A stretch of 63,917 nucleotides of DNA, counting the filler, from Reclinomonas americana ATCC 50394 (lineage: Eukaryota): NCBI GenBank assembly GCA_048213135.1. It is 5 parts of one record of this genome, joined end to end, with 100 filler letters (N's around TTAATTAATTAA, not from the genome) between each part and the next. Parts side by side here need not be neighbours in the genome. Positions count along the whole stretch, not along the records: positions 1 to 18,995 come from PS015551.1; 4 more parts are not named here. One strand, 5' to 3'. Position numbers and translations under genes: made by a program. This document shows positions 1 through 13,740 of this stretch, piece by piece. The stretch's first letter is position 1. Each line of letters opens with the position of its first letter. Below the pieces are notes generated by a model. It worked only from the letters and a program-made list of their open reading frames with translations. It had not been told where the DNA came from and ran no database searches.

Positions 1-62
1 GTACGTACGTACGTACGTACGTACGTACGTACGTACGACGTACGTACGACGACGACGACGAC

Positions 63-127
<65 letters not shown>
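1..127. repeat. (GTAC)n-(GAC)n-(GA)n simple repeats at contig start
   Basis: Directly visible. Confidence 0.9.
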
Positions 128-131
<4 letters not shown>

Positions 132-331
132 GAAGCGCGACGGGGAGAGCATGTCACAAAGCAACACACACACACACACAAACCAACACAGGAATCCCTT
201 CCTCCCTCCCACGCAACGGGCACTCATTCGTGGAAGCTCTCTCTCTCACACAGATAACTCGCGGGGGTGCTTGAGAGCAAACGGGACAGATGCACCGCGC
301 GAGCACACGACTGATCGTTGAAAGACACAAA

Positions 332-3300
332 ATGGCGACTGCGCCTCCACCCGCCGACTCTGTGGGCCGCCTCGTCTCCGACGTACAACGCTCCCTGCAT
401 CGCATCCGTCAGGTGTGACACTCGCACACACATATACACACACACGCGTTGTGCCTGTAGACACACACAATACTCACAAGAGATAATGTCCGTTATGTAG
501 GCTCTGGCGCAGGAGGATCCACGCGTGGCCGCGCATGTGCAGGGTCTCATTGCCAGTGCAGAGACGGAGCTGAAGCTCAAGGTCTCACTCCTTTCACCAC
601 AGTGTGTCTCTCCCTCAGTGCTCATTGTTAATTGCGTGCAGGCCGATGAGGTGATTCATGCGAGTCTGCATGGTGCGCCGACGAGCACCACTGGCTTCCT
701 CAGTGCGACTGGTGAGTGAGTGAGTTGTGTGAGTCATTGCGCTCACTGGCGACTGATGATAGCTGGTAGCTCCGCCTTCGTTCCAAGCGGACTCGAGGCG
801 CAAGGCGTTTGAGGCCGGAGCGGCACGAGCGACCGCCAAGGAACGCATGATGCGGGAGAGGAGAGAGAAGGTGCTGCGCAGAGGAAGAACAGAACGGACT
901 CGAGAGCTGTGAACCGGACATGCCTCCTCACTCTCACCTGTTTGCGTAGGTTCTCGCCGCTCCCGATGTGTACGCTGGCAAGGCACGCACGCTGCTGCAG
1001 GACGAGTTTGGCATGCCAACACAGCGCTTCAATCGTCTGGATCGCACCGCTGGTCGTCGCACCAGCGGTCATTTGCACAGAGACAAGGTGCACGGACCGG
1101 GATTCGTGTTGCCGAAGCAGAATCGCAACGACCCGCTGGCTCCACTGCCTCCGATTTCACCAGAGGAACTCAACAAGGTGTGTGTGTGTGTGTGCAACAC
1201 CGTCAGTCGGAAGAGAGGAGTTGTGAGCTGAAACACGCTGCTGTGTGGTTCCAGGGCCTGCTCAACATGATCCAGAAGGGCATCATTCCCGCCCATGTGG
1301 ACCTGACGCCCGCCATGGGCCAGAGCAGCTTCCCGCTGCACTACGAGCCGTCGCGCTTCTACCACCCGGACGAGTATCACATGCGGAGAGAGGTGGCTTC
1401 GGTGGCCGGATTCAACGCGCAAAGCAATGTGAAGCTGGATCAGGAGGCGCTGCGTGCGCGTGTCGAGGTGCGCACTCGCCACGTCGTTGTTCTGGAGTGC
1501 TGGTGGGTGCGATCACTGACGACGGCGAATGCAGATGACCGAGGAGGCCTACGCCCGGCAAAATGATGCCACTTACCTCGTGCCACAGCCGATTCAGGCA
1601 CCGCCGCCCCCACCGCAGCAACAGCCGACACAGCCGCCGGTTTGTCAGCATGGAACCTCGTGTGCATCATCCCCGCCGATTGTCTCACTCGCTTCTGTGC
1701 AGCCGGTCGACGCAGTCCAACGCACCTACGAGCAACTGCTGGATGAATTCTCGCTCCATCACTTTGTCATTCGCAAGGGCCAGGCGTTGCGCGAATCACC
1801 CGAATTCTTCTCGTTCCAGCGCACTTTCCAGCGTGACTGGGGCAACATTTGCTCAATCATTGGCGAGCTGGAACGGCTGCTCACCGAGCTGTCCAGTTGC
1901 GCACGCGCGATCGTTTCCGCGACCGCGCCCCGCATGCCTTGTCTCATCATCTCCCTCGTGTGTGCGAATCAGTTCCACTTGCGTACATTGATGGTAAGCA
2001 GGTGGCGCGTCTCGCCGAGTCCATGCTGGATTTGCCGACAGTTGCCGAGCTGCTCTCGTGCATTGTGAATCGCGACAAGGTTTGTGTGCAAGCTGTGGAT
2101 GGGGATTCTTGCTTTGTCGTTCATTCCCCTGTTCACTTTTGCTCGCTGCGGAAGGTGTTCTTGCCTCTGCATGCCACAAGCCAGTAGAAGTCTCACTCTC
2201 ATTCTTTGTGTTCTCTCTCTCCTTCTTCAAGCAATTTCCTCTCCTTGTCCATTCTGTTTATCTTACTTTCGAATCACATACTTCGTTCTCTCTTCTTCAT
2301 GTCGCCCCTCGTTAGCTCCCCCTCCCTTTTCCTCCCCTTCCCCTTCTATCCCCTCCCTTCTCCTCCCTTCTCCTCCCTTCCCCTTCTATCCCCTCCTCCT
2401 TTCTTCCCCTCGTCTCACCTCCCTCCCTCCCCCCACACAGATCGAACCCTACGTGTACAAACCCGGCGCACGCTTCCGCGGCGAGTCGCGTCGAGAGCTG
2501 GCGGCCACCAAAATCCAGGCTGTATTCCGCGGCCACATAATTCGTCGCGGTTTCGCTGTGCTGCGCGCCGCCGTGTACGCCAGCAAGATCATTCAGCGAT
2601 TCTGGCGGCTGGTCAAACAGAAGCAGCAGACGATTGCCCGTGTGCATGTTTCGTCTTGCTACGCCACCATCCCCGTGGTTTTCCTTTGCGCTCACACAGA
2701 TTTCTCATTCTTGTCATCAACCAGGATATCTGGGATACCGAGTTCACTGCGTGGCAGCGCTTGCAGACGCAGTTCCTGAAGTCGTGGCGCGATGTGAAGA
2801 GTGGGCGACGGTGCGTTCTCAGCTTTCTCACGAGACTGTTTCCATTTCGTGCCTCACCCATTTTGTGCAGTGTGGAGTTGCATGTGCCGTCGTTGAGTAT
2901 CGACCTGCAGCAGCGCCAGAACCTCGGCGAGTTTGTCGGCTGTCTCCAGAACGCACAACTCGGCCGGTGTGTGGTCCACTCGTCACACACCGTCCCGTTC
3001 ATTTTGCCTCAACCTCTCCGTGCCTCACAGAATCACATGGACCGACGATCAGACGGATGTGCTGTTTGTCTCTTCGTTCCCGCTGGACGACGAGTGCTTG
3101 CAGTATTACCAGAAGATTCTCATGGTGCGGTCCACCGTTGCTGCCGCGTTGCAGTGGTCGTGTGCTCAGCTCATGCGCGATGTACACACAGGTCAAGGGC
3201 GGTTATGCGCAATCGCGCCGACCGCTGGAGTCTGCCATGTTTACCGTGTACCCCGACGCACACAAGTCTTTCCCCCCGTTCACCTCCCTCGACAAGCAAA

Positions 3301-4993
3301 TTATGCTTTCTCGTCGCACCGTCGACCGCATCCGCAACATGACAGCCGGTCGGCAAGCGTACCTGGTGCCGGGCTCTGTTGGCATCGACACGATCCGCCT
3401 GGCAGCGGTGAGTGGCCTTGGTACTCTCCGTGCCGACGATCTGCTTGTCTTATCCCCTCTATCCCAGAAACTGGAATTGCCGATCCTCGGCCCGATGCCC
3501 GACGTGGCCGCCGTGTACGGCTCCAAGTCGGGCGCCAAGCGCATTTTTGCGGCTGCCGATGTGCTGATCCCCACTGGTGAGTCTCCTTACAATGCGTGCA
3601 TTTGATGTGCGGCAACTTACCTCTTGGTGCGTGGGACAGGCGTGGCCGATCTGTACGACGAGGAGACCTTTGTGGAGCGCCTCGTGGGCCTGTTGATTGA
3701 GTTCCCCCGTGTGCAGCGGTGGGTGTTCAAGCTGGACAACGAGTTTGACAGCCGCGGTCTGGCGTATCTCGGTGAGTGCGCACTGCTTCCTTCGTGTTAG
3801 TTCTCCAATCTCTCACCGTGCGTCGCAGATGTTGGCCGCCTCGGTAACTTGGATCACCTTCGCGATGTGTACACTTCCATGGACACGGACGAGGAGCTGC
3901 GCAACCGCACGTATCAGACGCTGGTGCAAATGGTTGGCGAGTCGCTGCCGACCATGGTCACGATTGTGACGCGCCGTGCGTACAAGTCGTGGAAGGACTT
4001 TGCGGCGGCGATGAACGACTCGGGTGCTGTCATTGAGGCGTACCCCGCCAAGCCACTCGGTTCACCATCGGTTGGCATGCTGGTGGAGCCAGATGGCACT
4101 GTGCGCATCCATTCGGTACTTCTGCAAGTCCCCGATCCCGAGTGCCCCTTCCGTGTGCCTGCCAGCTTGATGGGCAACGGCGAGTGGCCGGTGCCGTTTT
4201 CGGCACTCAAGCAGGCTTCGCTGTCGATTGCGCAGCGCTGCTTCGAGAAGGGACTGATTGGTTACATTTCCGTCGACTTTGTGGCCTTTTCTGATCTCGT
4301 TGCGTCACATGGCCACCACCACGATTCGGCCTGTTTCCACAAGGCAACTCACTTACTCTCGCCACAGTCGGAGGTGCGTTTGTGGGCTGTGGATTTGGAC
4401 ATTGGCCTGTCGTCGCGTCATGTGTGCTTCCACGTGGTGCGGACGATGACCAAGTTGCGTTGCATTGCGTCGTATTTCTTGCGTATGTCTGTATGCTTAC
4501 CTTGTCACTGCAGTGCCACGCTTGATCTGGCCACCGGCGCCCTGATTGGCCCCGGCGGCTCGTTCACGTACCTCGACCTCGGCATGATGTTCCACCCGTA
4601 CTTGAGCAGCATTCCGCACGCGCAGTTTTTCCAGTTGTGCCGCGAGAATCGCTTCGTGTTCGACACGGAAGAGGGCACGGGTCCCATTTTCCACTTGGTC
4701 AACACACTGCTCAGGGGCTGGATTGGCATCTCGTTGCGTGCACAACCCCCCTGCATGTTTGTGTGGGAACTCGTTGAGCTCATTTTCGCATTGCATACAG
4801 TTGTGTCGGCAAGTCACTGAAGCAAGTGAGCTTGCAAGCCGCCGACCTGGTAGACTTTTTGGATGTGGAACTCGCAGGTGTGACGGGCGAGCGGAAACTC
4901 GCTGCCACGAGCACCAACGTTCCTGTCATACGGCGCATCGCCTTTGCACTGGTGGAACAAGTGGTGCCGCTGAGTGCGCCACCAGCTCCATGA
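332..4993 (+). CDS. IQCH: IQ domain-containing protein H homolog (multi-exon)
   Basis: Spliced reading starts MATAPPPADSVGRLVSDVQRSLHRIRQ. It includes RTYEQLLDEFSLHHFVIRKG..ESPEF, the IQ motif AATKIQAVFRGHIIRR, SKSGAKRIFAAADV, WVFKLDNEFDSRGLAY and IGYISVDFVAF..LWAVDLDIGLS, all typical of IQCH. Introns are GT-AG; stop TGA at 4991-4993. Confidence 0.85.
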
Positions 4994-5234
4994 ACAATGG
5001 CCGCGAGCATTTATATAGGTGGATAACAGCAGATCGAAGCTGTTTTTCCAGGCGCAGAGGCCACTCGCCATTGCAGGCCAGGGAGCGCTCCTTGCTAGCG
5101 CGCAAATGATGACTTTTCTTCAATCATCAGACGTGGCCAACCTCGCACAATGAGACTAATACAAGTGTGCCGAGGGGAGGCTGTCGTACAGTTAAACATC
5201 GATTGTTATACATTCATTATTCGTGTGTTCCTAG

Positions 5235-8200
5235 CTAATATGTGTACGAGTATTTCACCTGCGATGCGTGGCGGTGAGCGACAGAAATGCAGACCAGCGG
5301 CAATGAGGAGACGCTCACCTTGTACGGCCCACTGGCCTGCATACCGAGATGCTGGATGAGGGTGAACGCGCCAGGGAGGAGAGTGCGCGTGACCACGATT
5401 TCAGAGAGGTCACCGCCAACCACCACGTTGCTCGAGGCCTGAAAGTCCATGCAAATGTCCACCACGCGCCCTCCAACTACCTCCGCACCATAACTAAACG
5501 TGTGTCCACGCTTCGATTGGTACGTGTACAGCAGGATGCGCTGCGAGGCCTGCTGCACTCCGCGTTGGTGAATGAGAGCGGACCACGCTTGAACCATTAG
5601 CTGCGGCGCACAATAGTCAAATCACTGCCGTGCACACGCAATGACATGTCGACAACGCACAGTCGGTTCTCGCGGCATGAGTGTGCACACAAATGGATCT
5701 GTGCTGTGCACAGACACCATGTAGCATCGACTGTGGACCGAGCTGAACGAGTAGTCGTAGCCGAGGCGCGACAGGCACCACAAGACAACCGCCTGCACGT
5801 CACGCAGCTGGTGAGCAAGAGTGGCAGCAGAGGAACATGAACGGAGGGGACTGACGCACTTCGCCCTGCTGCTCCAAGATGTTGCTGATGAACTGAATGA
5901 GTCCGCGCTCCGACAATCCGCGCCGAGTGCTGCAACACCGCGGCAGTATGTGCTCCGCAAACTGCTGCTGCGAGAGAGGCTCGCCAATCATGCGCATGTA
6001 CAGGCGCGAGAACTCGGCGTAATCCAACACCTCGTCCATGTCCATGTCGTACGTGCGAAACACATCCTGCGACGCAAACTTGTGAGCGACGCAGCAGAAT
6101 GTGTGCCGCTGCTGCTGTTGCAGTCACGCAACTCGAAGTGTCGATACGAGTTCGTGGCGCAGTGTCCGATCGTCGTGCTTCAGTGTCGGTGGCACATCGA
6201 GACACGCATCGGGTATCTGTGAGCGCAACATGCATCCGGTGGTTCTGCGAGAAACAGTTCGTAAGTGAGTCGTGACTGCGGCGAGGCCGCGGTAATAATA
6301 GCAGGCACGCAACATGGGCACCACAGTGTACACGCCAGGCTCAAGGTCGCACTCCAGCTGCCACTGCCGCTCCCTGGCGGTACCGTTCTCCGCCACCACG
6401 GTCAGCGATCCGTCGGCTTCTCGTCGGAAAACCACCAGGCCACAATCGATATATGGCCGATGCACATCCACCCAAAACTCCCTCTCGTCCTCCTGATGGA
6501 TCGTCAGGTAGACTCGCGACCGCTGCAGGATCTGTGTATCGGCACGGGAAAGTGCGAATGAGTTCCCTATCTCCAACCCCAACTTTGTGATGCACGCAGT
6601 CACCTCGAGAGTGTACGACGAGCACGACACCGAGTGGTCGAGCTCGCGCTGAAACACACCCTTTAACCTGCTCTCCTGCCACTCTGGTCGCACCCTACTC
6701 GATGAATCAAATCATCAGCGCGGTGCGGACAGACAACAATCCGCAATACGTTATTAGTGACACGCAACATGCAAAACGACATTTGAGAGAATTCGACGAA
6801 GAAGTCCTCAAAGCTCATGTAGAACTCTCCATTCTCCTCCTCCACCGGCGCCAGCACCGAGCGCAATTCTGGCGTCCACAGCGGGGACGCTGATGACCAA
6901 TCGCCGTTCCTGCAAGAGAATCACAACAAATGAGGAGACAAACACCACGCGCCTCGGTCAGGTGCAAAGTGTCACAAACCACCTGTCACGACACACAATG
7001 AGTTTCGTGTCTCTGACTCGACAAGAACGCACAAGGGAGATGCGTAACTCAAAGCGACCCCACGGATTGCGCAGTCGGAGGAGACGATGACCCTCAATGT
7101 CGAACGCTGCCTGAATCGTGTACGAGTGGCCGGGGACAAGTCCACTGCCCGAGCGCGGCGTGTCGCCTTCTTCGGTAAACGTGTCCACCCCTGCCCGACA
7201 AGCAACAAGAGTGAGCCTGCATGCAAGTATTCGTGTTTCTGCGCCATCAACCACCTTTGGTCTCCGCACAACATACATCGCCGTCGCACATGCGCGTGAG
7301 AATGTGCTGCCAGAGGGCGCCACTGGCCATCATCTCTTGCGTGTGCGGATGCTCGAGCACAATGTGCTCGAACGGTGCGCCAGTGAGATCAATCAGTGCG
7401 TCACGCGAGCAACCTCGTCGTAGCTGCCATCATGCATCATCATCGATCAGACATGCGGACGACAGGGGAAAACGGAATCGGCGGGTCACTCGCGCACACC
7501 TGGTTGTAATTGCCGTGCAGTTTGGCATACGCCTTTTCCAGCAAACTTACCCACAACTGATCGTCCTGGCAGCGTGAGAAGATGAAACCACCACCTGCGC
7601 AGTCGAGCAATGAGGCGGAAAGGCCAAGTGGCGATGTGAAGAGACGAATGTAGCGTCCCGACTCACCAACGCTGCACGGAAAGTAATCGTCCACTGTCAC
7701 CGTTCGCCACTGTCCGTGTTTGGCGATTCGCATCTGCACACGCACACACACACAGATGCTCCAGTGAGCAGAACTGCAGGCGAGTGGGAGGTTGACACGC
7801 CGTCGCAAAGAGAGACCTTGTACACGCCGAGTGGATCGTACTCGTCGGTGACAAAGAGGCGTCTGATACGCTCTGGCTTTTCCGCCAGTGCGGCCACGGC
7901 GCTGAGGAACCAGCTGAATGCGATATGGTGGAAGATGGTCAGCTCCTTGAATCAACAGATGCCTGTGCAACAAAGAATGTACGTCACCAGTCGGCGAGCT
8001 TGCCCTGCATAATGGTCGACGGCTCCATGCTGGCGCCCAGAATCACCGGCTCACTGTCGCCCTTGCCCCGCGCTCGCATAATGTCCAGTGGTCTCTTCCA
8101 CTCGATAGATGAAATCTGCGTGCGTGCGACTCGACCAATGAGCAACGAGTCACATGGAAAAAAGGATGCCGGCGACCCACGCAACGCTCTTGTCACGCTC

Positions 8201-9240
8201 CGTGTCCGACTCAAAGATTGAAGTCATGAGCGGAGGAAAGTCAAGATCCACAAAACTCAGCGGCTGTGCACGCTCGCGGGCCATATCGCTGCATGCGGCC
8301 TCCTGCAGGTACGAGCGGATGCGCTCTGCCAGCATGATGTCACTCGGCAAGTCGCGCAGCAGCTGTCGCGCAGTGTCAGCGGTGAAGCAGCGCGTAGAAG
8401 GGAGGAAGAAGAGGTGTGTACCTGCTCGCCCAGCGACACATGCTCGAGGACGCGCGCCGCCGATTCAAGTGCCATCACCTCGGACTCGCGTCGTGACAGC
8501 TGTCGCGTTTGCACTCTGCACGACGAGGTGTGAGAGCGCTGTCGAGAGAGAGAGAGAGAGTGATCCAATAACAACCAGCCACACCTGTAGTGCACATGAA
8601 AGTACATGGGCTGCAGCGGATCCACACGATCCACACGCGTCACAAACTTGGTCTCCCCAGCCATCACCGACGCATTCACCACCGTGCTGTCACTGCGCAC
8701 CAGCTCTCGTCAACACACCACCACCGTCACTCGCGCCACAAAGAGAGATCCACAAACGCAACGAGCTGGCACTCTGTACGCGCACATTACTGCAGTCCTT
8801 GAACGACAGCTCAATATCCAGCGGCTGCCCCGACTCATTCTCCACATGATACGCAAAGTAGGCCGGCTGTGTCGCGCAAATCAGTCACCAATCTTCCGCA
8901 CTCTGCAACAGCAGAGTTCCCTCGTTACCTGTTCCGTGCCCACCATGAGGCTCAGCTCGCCCAACGGCTTCACCAGCACCTGCCGGATCCACACTCCCTC
9001 GCCCGCACAGATGCTCTCCACAGTGCTCGACTCCTCTTGCGCCTCCTCCTTTGCCTCTTGCGCCACTCCCTCTATCTCACCAGCGCGCTTCTTCGCACGC
9101 TGAAGTCGCCGACGAAGTATCTGATCAACATCATCGTCGTGGCCACGACTGCTCGACGCCTAATCATCATCGTCGTCACATGTCAAACTCGGGACATTCT
9201 TTGGTGATCTTCTTTCTCGCACACGCGCAACTTGTGACAT
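5235..9240 (-). CDS. Calpain-family cysteine protease (CysPc + domain III + EF-hand + C-terminal domain)
   Basis: Catalytic motifs QGKLAD-C-WFLSAVAALAE (Cys codon split by an intron), GLVPGHSYT and LRLRNPWG, plus LWVSLLEKAYAKLHGNY, GEFYMSFEDF, LEPGVYTVVP and EF-hand FRTYDMDMDEVLDYAEF. The start exon (ATG TCA CAA, 9240-9232) is inferred. Confidence 0.85.
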
Positions 9241-9391
9241 TGCTCGTGCACAGGTGGAAGAGGTGTATCACAGCAGTGTGCGCAGTGGCCAGACAGAGAG
9301 ACAGAGAGCGAAGAGACGTCGCTTTGGCGCGCGCGGAGGAACAACAACAAAGGACAAAAGCTCTGCGCGAGTTCGTTGTGTGTTGGGCGCG

Positions 9392-10471
9392 ATGACTGAG
9401 GCTGCGGAGCTGGCGTTGTTGCGTCTCTCTGCGCTGTGAGTGAGAGTGACCAGTGTGCCTCTCTCACACACTCTTGCACACAGAGGATGGCAACGCTTTG
9501 ATTTCCGTCCACTGGTGCCCGAAGACATGGACGCACTGCGCAGATTACACGAGGCGTGCTTCCCAGTGAGGTGACACGCACACACATACACACAAACACA
9601 CACACACACACACACTCTCTCTCATTCTCACTCGTGCTTAGATACGAGCAAGCATTCTTTGACGACCTCGTGCACCATCGTTACTGGAGTGTGTGTGTGG
9701 TGGATCGCTCAGAGGCACCTGGTGTTGCACCTGCGCGACTGGTGGGCGTGATCAGTGCGCGGTTTGAGTTGCTGGAGAACTGCGAGGTTTTCATTGTTTC
9801 GTCTGCTGTCTGCGTGTGAGTTGGGGCCCTTGACTGCACTGTGGAGCAGCATCACGACATGGTGAAGGAGAGCTGGTGTGCGCGCGACGAAGTCATGTAC
9901 ATATTAACGCTGGGCGTCGATGAGAGTGTGCGCGGACACGGACTTGGTGTGTACACGTGTCTTGCTTTGCTGGTTGGATGCGCTTTCGATTGATTGGTGT
10001 CGAGCCGTGCAGGATCCACGCTGGTGGAGTATGCGGTGGCCAAGGCGGAGCGCAATCGCGCCTGTCGTGCCGTGTATCTGCACACGCTGCCGAGCAATAC
10101 GACGGCGGTGCGGTTTTATCAGCGGAATCGCTTCGTGGTGAAGTCGTCGCTGGAGGTGTGCTGGATCTTCTCCCCCACACTTCCCCCCGTCGTGTTGGGC
10201 TGACGACGACAAGCTGCGCGCAGAAATTTTATACGATAGACAATGAGCAGTTTGACGCGCTTCTGGTGGTGCTGTATGTTAACGGTGGCCGCCCAGCGAG
10301 CAGGTGATGACTCCCCAACCTTACTCCTCCCTCTTTTGCACGTCATCGCACTCACCGAACTCGCAACGCAGCTGGACGTTGACGAATGTGTTGAAAGAGT
10401 GCTGTCGATCCGTGTCGCGCATGTTGTCGGCCGACGACGCACCGTCACCTCCACCGAAAAGATATGAATAA
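9392..10471 (+). CDS. NAA60: N-alpha-acetyltransferase 60 (NatF), GNAT family
   Basis: LHEACFPVRYEQAFF..MYILTLGVDESVRGHGLGSTL..CRAVYLHTLPSNTTAVRFYQRNRF..FYTIDNEQFDALLVVLYVNGGRP. The YVNGG.P ending is characteristic of NAA60. Confidence 0.85.
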
Positions 10472-10650
10472 CAATCGTTGTAACACACGAATTGAGGTGG
10501 AGTGGTTCATTGGAGAGTTGTCTTCGCGCAAAACACACACACATGTACAGGCACGCGACTGCTGGCGCCTCACAGGCACGCAGCCAGTCGCGGGGGTAGG
10601 GAAATATGGAAAGGAGGGGGGGATTGTGTGGAGTGTGGTGGCATTGCCGA

Positions 10651-11955
10651 TTACTCTTCGCGCGAGAACACAACCTTGAGGATGGAATGCAGCAGCACTG
10701 GTGCCTCCTCCACATTCAGGTACATGTCGCTCTTGAGGTATTCGGGAACGAGGACCGTGCTTGGCAGGCCAGGTGGACCGGCGTAGATGCGCAGCGGGTT
10801 GTATTCCAGGTCGCCCTCCATGGTCTCGTTCAGCTCGAACACCATTTCTGGGAGCTTAAGTGAGCACAGCTGGCAGGATATTTCGCTTCTGCCACACGCA
10901 CGCACCGCGCTTGGTCTGCGTGCTCTGGCACGTGCACACGACGCGCCCGTCGTCATTAATGTCGACCGTGCACCCGGAGAACATGGTCATAAAGCTGAGC
11001 AGCCTTTGCTCGTGTCCACGAGCGCCCGACGATGACGACGACGACGATGATGATGATCCCACCGACGCACGTGACATGCGCTCGGACGGCATGTTGGCGT
11101 GCGACTTCATAATCTCCACTGTGCACGTGATAGAGCCGTACATGAGATCGTGTGGCATGCGAAAGAGACTGCGATTCGCACGCAACTCTCCGACTGCAGC
11201 TCGAGAATGGTGTTCTTCAGCTCAATGTTCTCGCGCTCCGCATCGCGGATGCGTGCCTGCAGCGAATCCGCCTCGCGAGTGCTCTGCAGCGTTCGTGCCA
11301 GCTCCGCACGCATGCTCTCAATCAGCTTGGTCGAAGCTGCGAAGAAAGAAAATCAACAAAGGCACTGATGTCGAAGGGGGCAGGGGAGGCAAGACGCACC
11401 TGCTTCCAGCTTCTCGTACTTTTGACGCAGAGAGGCGGCCACACGCTCCGGCTCCGTCTGTCGCAGCACCATCAGCTCCTCGAGTCGCGAGCGCAGTGCC
11501 GAGTCGGGCACATTGGAGGCAGCAGCGGATTCCTGTCAACAACAACGCCGCACTCATGAGCACACGCAAGAGCACTCGTCTCTCCCCATCTCTCTCTCTC
11601 TCTCTCTCTCGCTCTGAAACACACACGCATAGTAGCAGTCAGACGTGCCTTTAGACCCTCGCCGCTTGTCCGTCGCTTGCCAGGCTTCTTGACGGGCTTG
11701 GCCGCAGCCGCCTTGTGCTCAGCCAGCACGGGCTTCTGTCGAACATGGGGCGAGTGTGTGAGGACGAGAAGAGGAGCTGAGTGAGTGAGTGAGTGTGCGT
11801 GTTCGCTCAACTTCATTCTCGGCACCGAGCGACGAGCGCCTGCGCGTCGACTGCCGCTTGAGTGGAGGCTCTGCGGGCGACTTGTTTCCCGCATCCTCCT
11901 CCTCTTCCTCGCTCATAATCTCCGCCACAGCGGTGCGCTTTCGACTGCGAGCCAT
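10651..11955 (-). CDS. Monopolin subunit Csm1/Pcs1 (TITAN9-like): coiled coil + C-terminal RWD-like domain
   Basis: LEELMVLRQTEPERVAASLRQKYE coiled coil, then LLSFMTMFSGCTVDINDDGRVVCTC..VFEL..DLEYNPL..VPEYLKSDMYLNVEEAPVLLHSILKVV, which resembles the Csm1 C-terminal pattern (Y.P...LP.YL...I.F....P). Confidence 0.65.
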
Positions 11956-12063
11956 CGTCCTCTCTCTCGAAAGAAACAACAAAAAATCCAACGAGCGTCG
12001 TAACGGTCGAATTTCAAATTGCTTTTACAGATGACGATATAGCACAAAGGCAACGTCGTGGCC

Positions 12064-13413
12064 TCAGTCGGTGCTCTTGAAGTGGTGGTCGTCGAGTGTG
12101 GAGTACACGTGGCCCTCGCTCTTCAGGAACTCAATTGCAGTTCTGAGAGAAAAGAGAAACAGAGTCAGCGATCTCTGCGAGTTTCGGCTGTATGTGCGGT
12201 GCCACAACTCACCGAATGTCACCGAGCGCCATTTGCGGCAGGTGCGTCTTGATGTCCTCCAGACTCACACCACGGTCGCCGCTGTTGCTACCCATCTTCT
12301 TGATCGTGTGCAACACAGACTCGGCGCTATTGCCACCGCTGCCGCCGCCCACCGGCATGGCTGCAAATGCCAGCAAAAAATCAGAGCTCGGAATGAAAGA
12401 GAGAGCGAGGGAGAAAGGGAGAGCGCGTGTGCGTACCTCCATAGCCGTGTGCCGCCGACGCGTGTCCGTAGCCATTGCCGGTCGCCGCGCCACCATTCGC
12501 CACCGGGGCACCAGCAGCGGCGGCCTGCGTCGCCGGCGGGCCATGCATGCGGAACATGTGTGTGTGCATCACGTCGAGGAAGTGGAAGGTCATCTCGTTC
12601 AAGTCATCCACCGTCTGCACTCGGAAGGCCACCACCGACCGTGTGCCCTCCCACGTGCGCAAGTGACCAAACACTCGGAGATACACGCCCTCACTGCGCA
12701 GCACCCCGTGAATCAACCGAGACAGAGAGGCAGAGGGAGAGACGTGGGTGGATACACACACCGCCACGTGTGCTTTTGTGCCTGCAGTCCACCAGCTCCG
12801 TCGTCGCGATCAAACCAGACGCGTACGTCGATTTGACCCGTGCCGTCCTCCAATGTGAGCGTGATGTGCGTCTGCTTCTCGTCCACCGTGCGGCAGCGGC
12901 CCATCAGCGTGATCTGTTGGAGAAAGAGAGAGAGAGAGAGGGAGGGGGGTTGAGGAACGAAGGAGAGAGAAAAGAAGACAAGAGATAAGACCAGAAATGA
13001 TGTTGAAGGATCTTTAACAATGTGGATGAGGAGACACAGAGGAGACACACATGAGGCACCAATGATCCTCTCTCTGTCTGTGAGTGTGTGTGATCAACAC
13101 TCTCTTTCTCTCACCTGCACCAACTCGACTCCATCCACTCGGAATGCCTCATCAGGGCCCTGCGACGCCGTCAACAGCTGCTTGATCGTCAGCGGTGTCA
13201 GCGGCTTGTTGGGTCCGCGTTGCGACTGTGTGTGTGTGTAAAAGAGCACAAGAGTAAGAAAAAATGATCACACACTCTCTCATTCTCCGCGCACTCTCTT
13301 CTCTCTCTCCCTCACACACGCACCTTGCCCGGCGACTCTGACGCCACACCCGCTGCTGGTTGCGACGAGAAGAAGCCGCCGCCCTCTTGACCGTGGTCCA
13401 TGCCCTCGTACAT
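12064..13413 (-). CDS. RPA2: Replication protein A 32 kDa subunit
   Basis: GGGFF N-terminus, [12 protein letters not shown] fold [56 protein letters not shown], and winged-helix end [24 protein letters not shown]. Confidence 0.95.
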
Positions 13414-13740
13414 CTCTCACACACACACTCACTCAAACACAACACACGCTTCACGCACAAACAGATGCTCACACAGCAGTAATCGCACACACAGAGAGAG
13501 ACACAAAGTGATGTGCGCTCACAAACTGTAACACAGACAGGTTCAACCCGCCGGCAAACGCAAACCCTGACAATCTGAGTGCGGGAGATGACGTCACTAC
13601 TTCAGTCTGTCCTCGCTTGCATTCCCGGTCCCTTTCCCGCAGGCGAACCAACCAGACTGACGCGTTTGTTGTTTTTTTGCTTCATACTCAATATTATACT
13701 TCTTGACCACCACTTCTGCAAGTTGGTCTCCCGATCATCT

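Noticed and set aside
1..66. (GTAC)n grading into (GAC)n then (GA)n; similar at 19097-19170. Could be taken for a telomere or novel repeat.
   Set aside because: It occurs at contig ends next to microsatellites and looks like sequencing phase-loss artefact; there is no telomere-like uniform unit.
12005..12025. TTTGAA (CHR-like) element upstream of the Csm1-like gene
   Set aside because: A single 6-mer is not distinguishable from chance without genome-wide enrichment or conservation.
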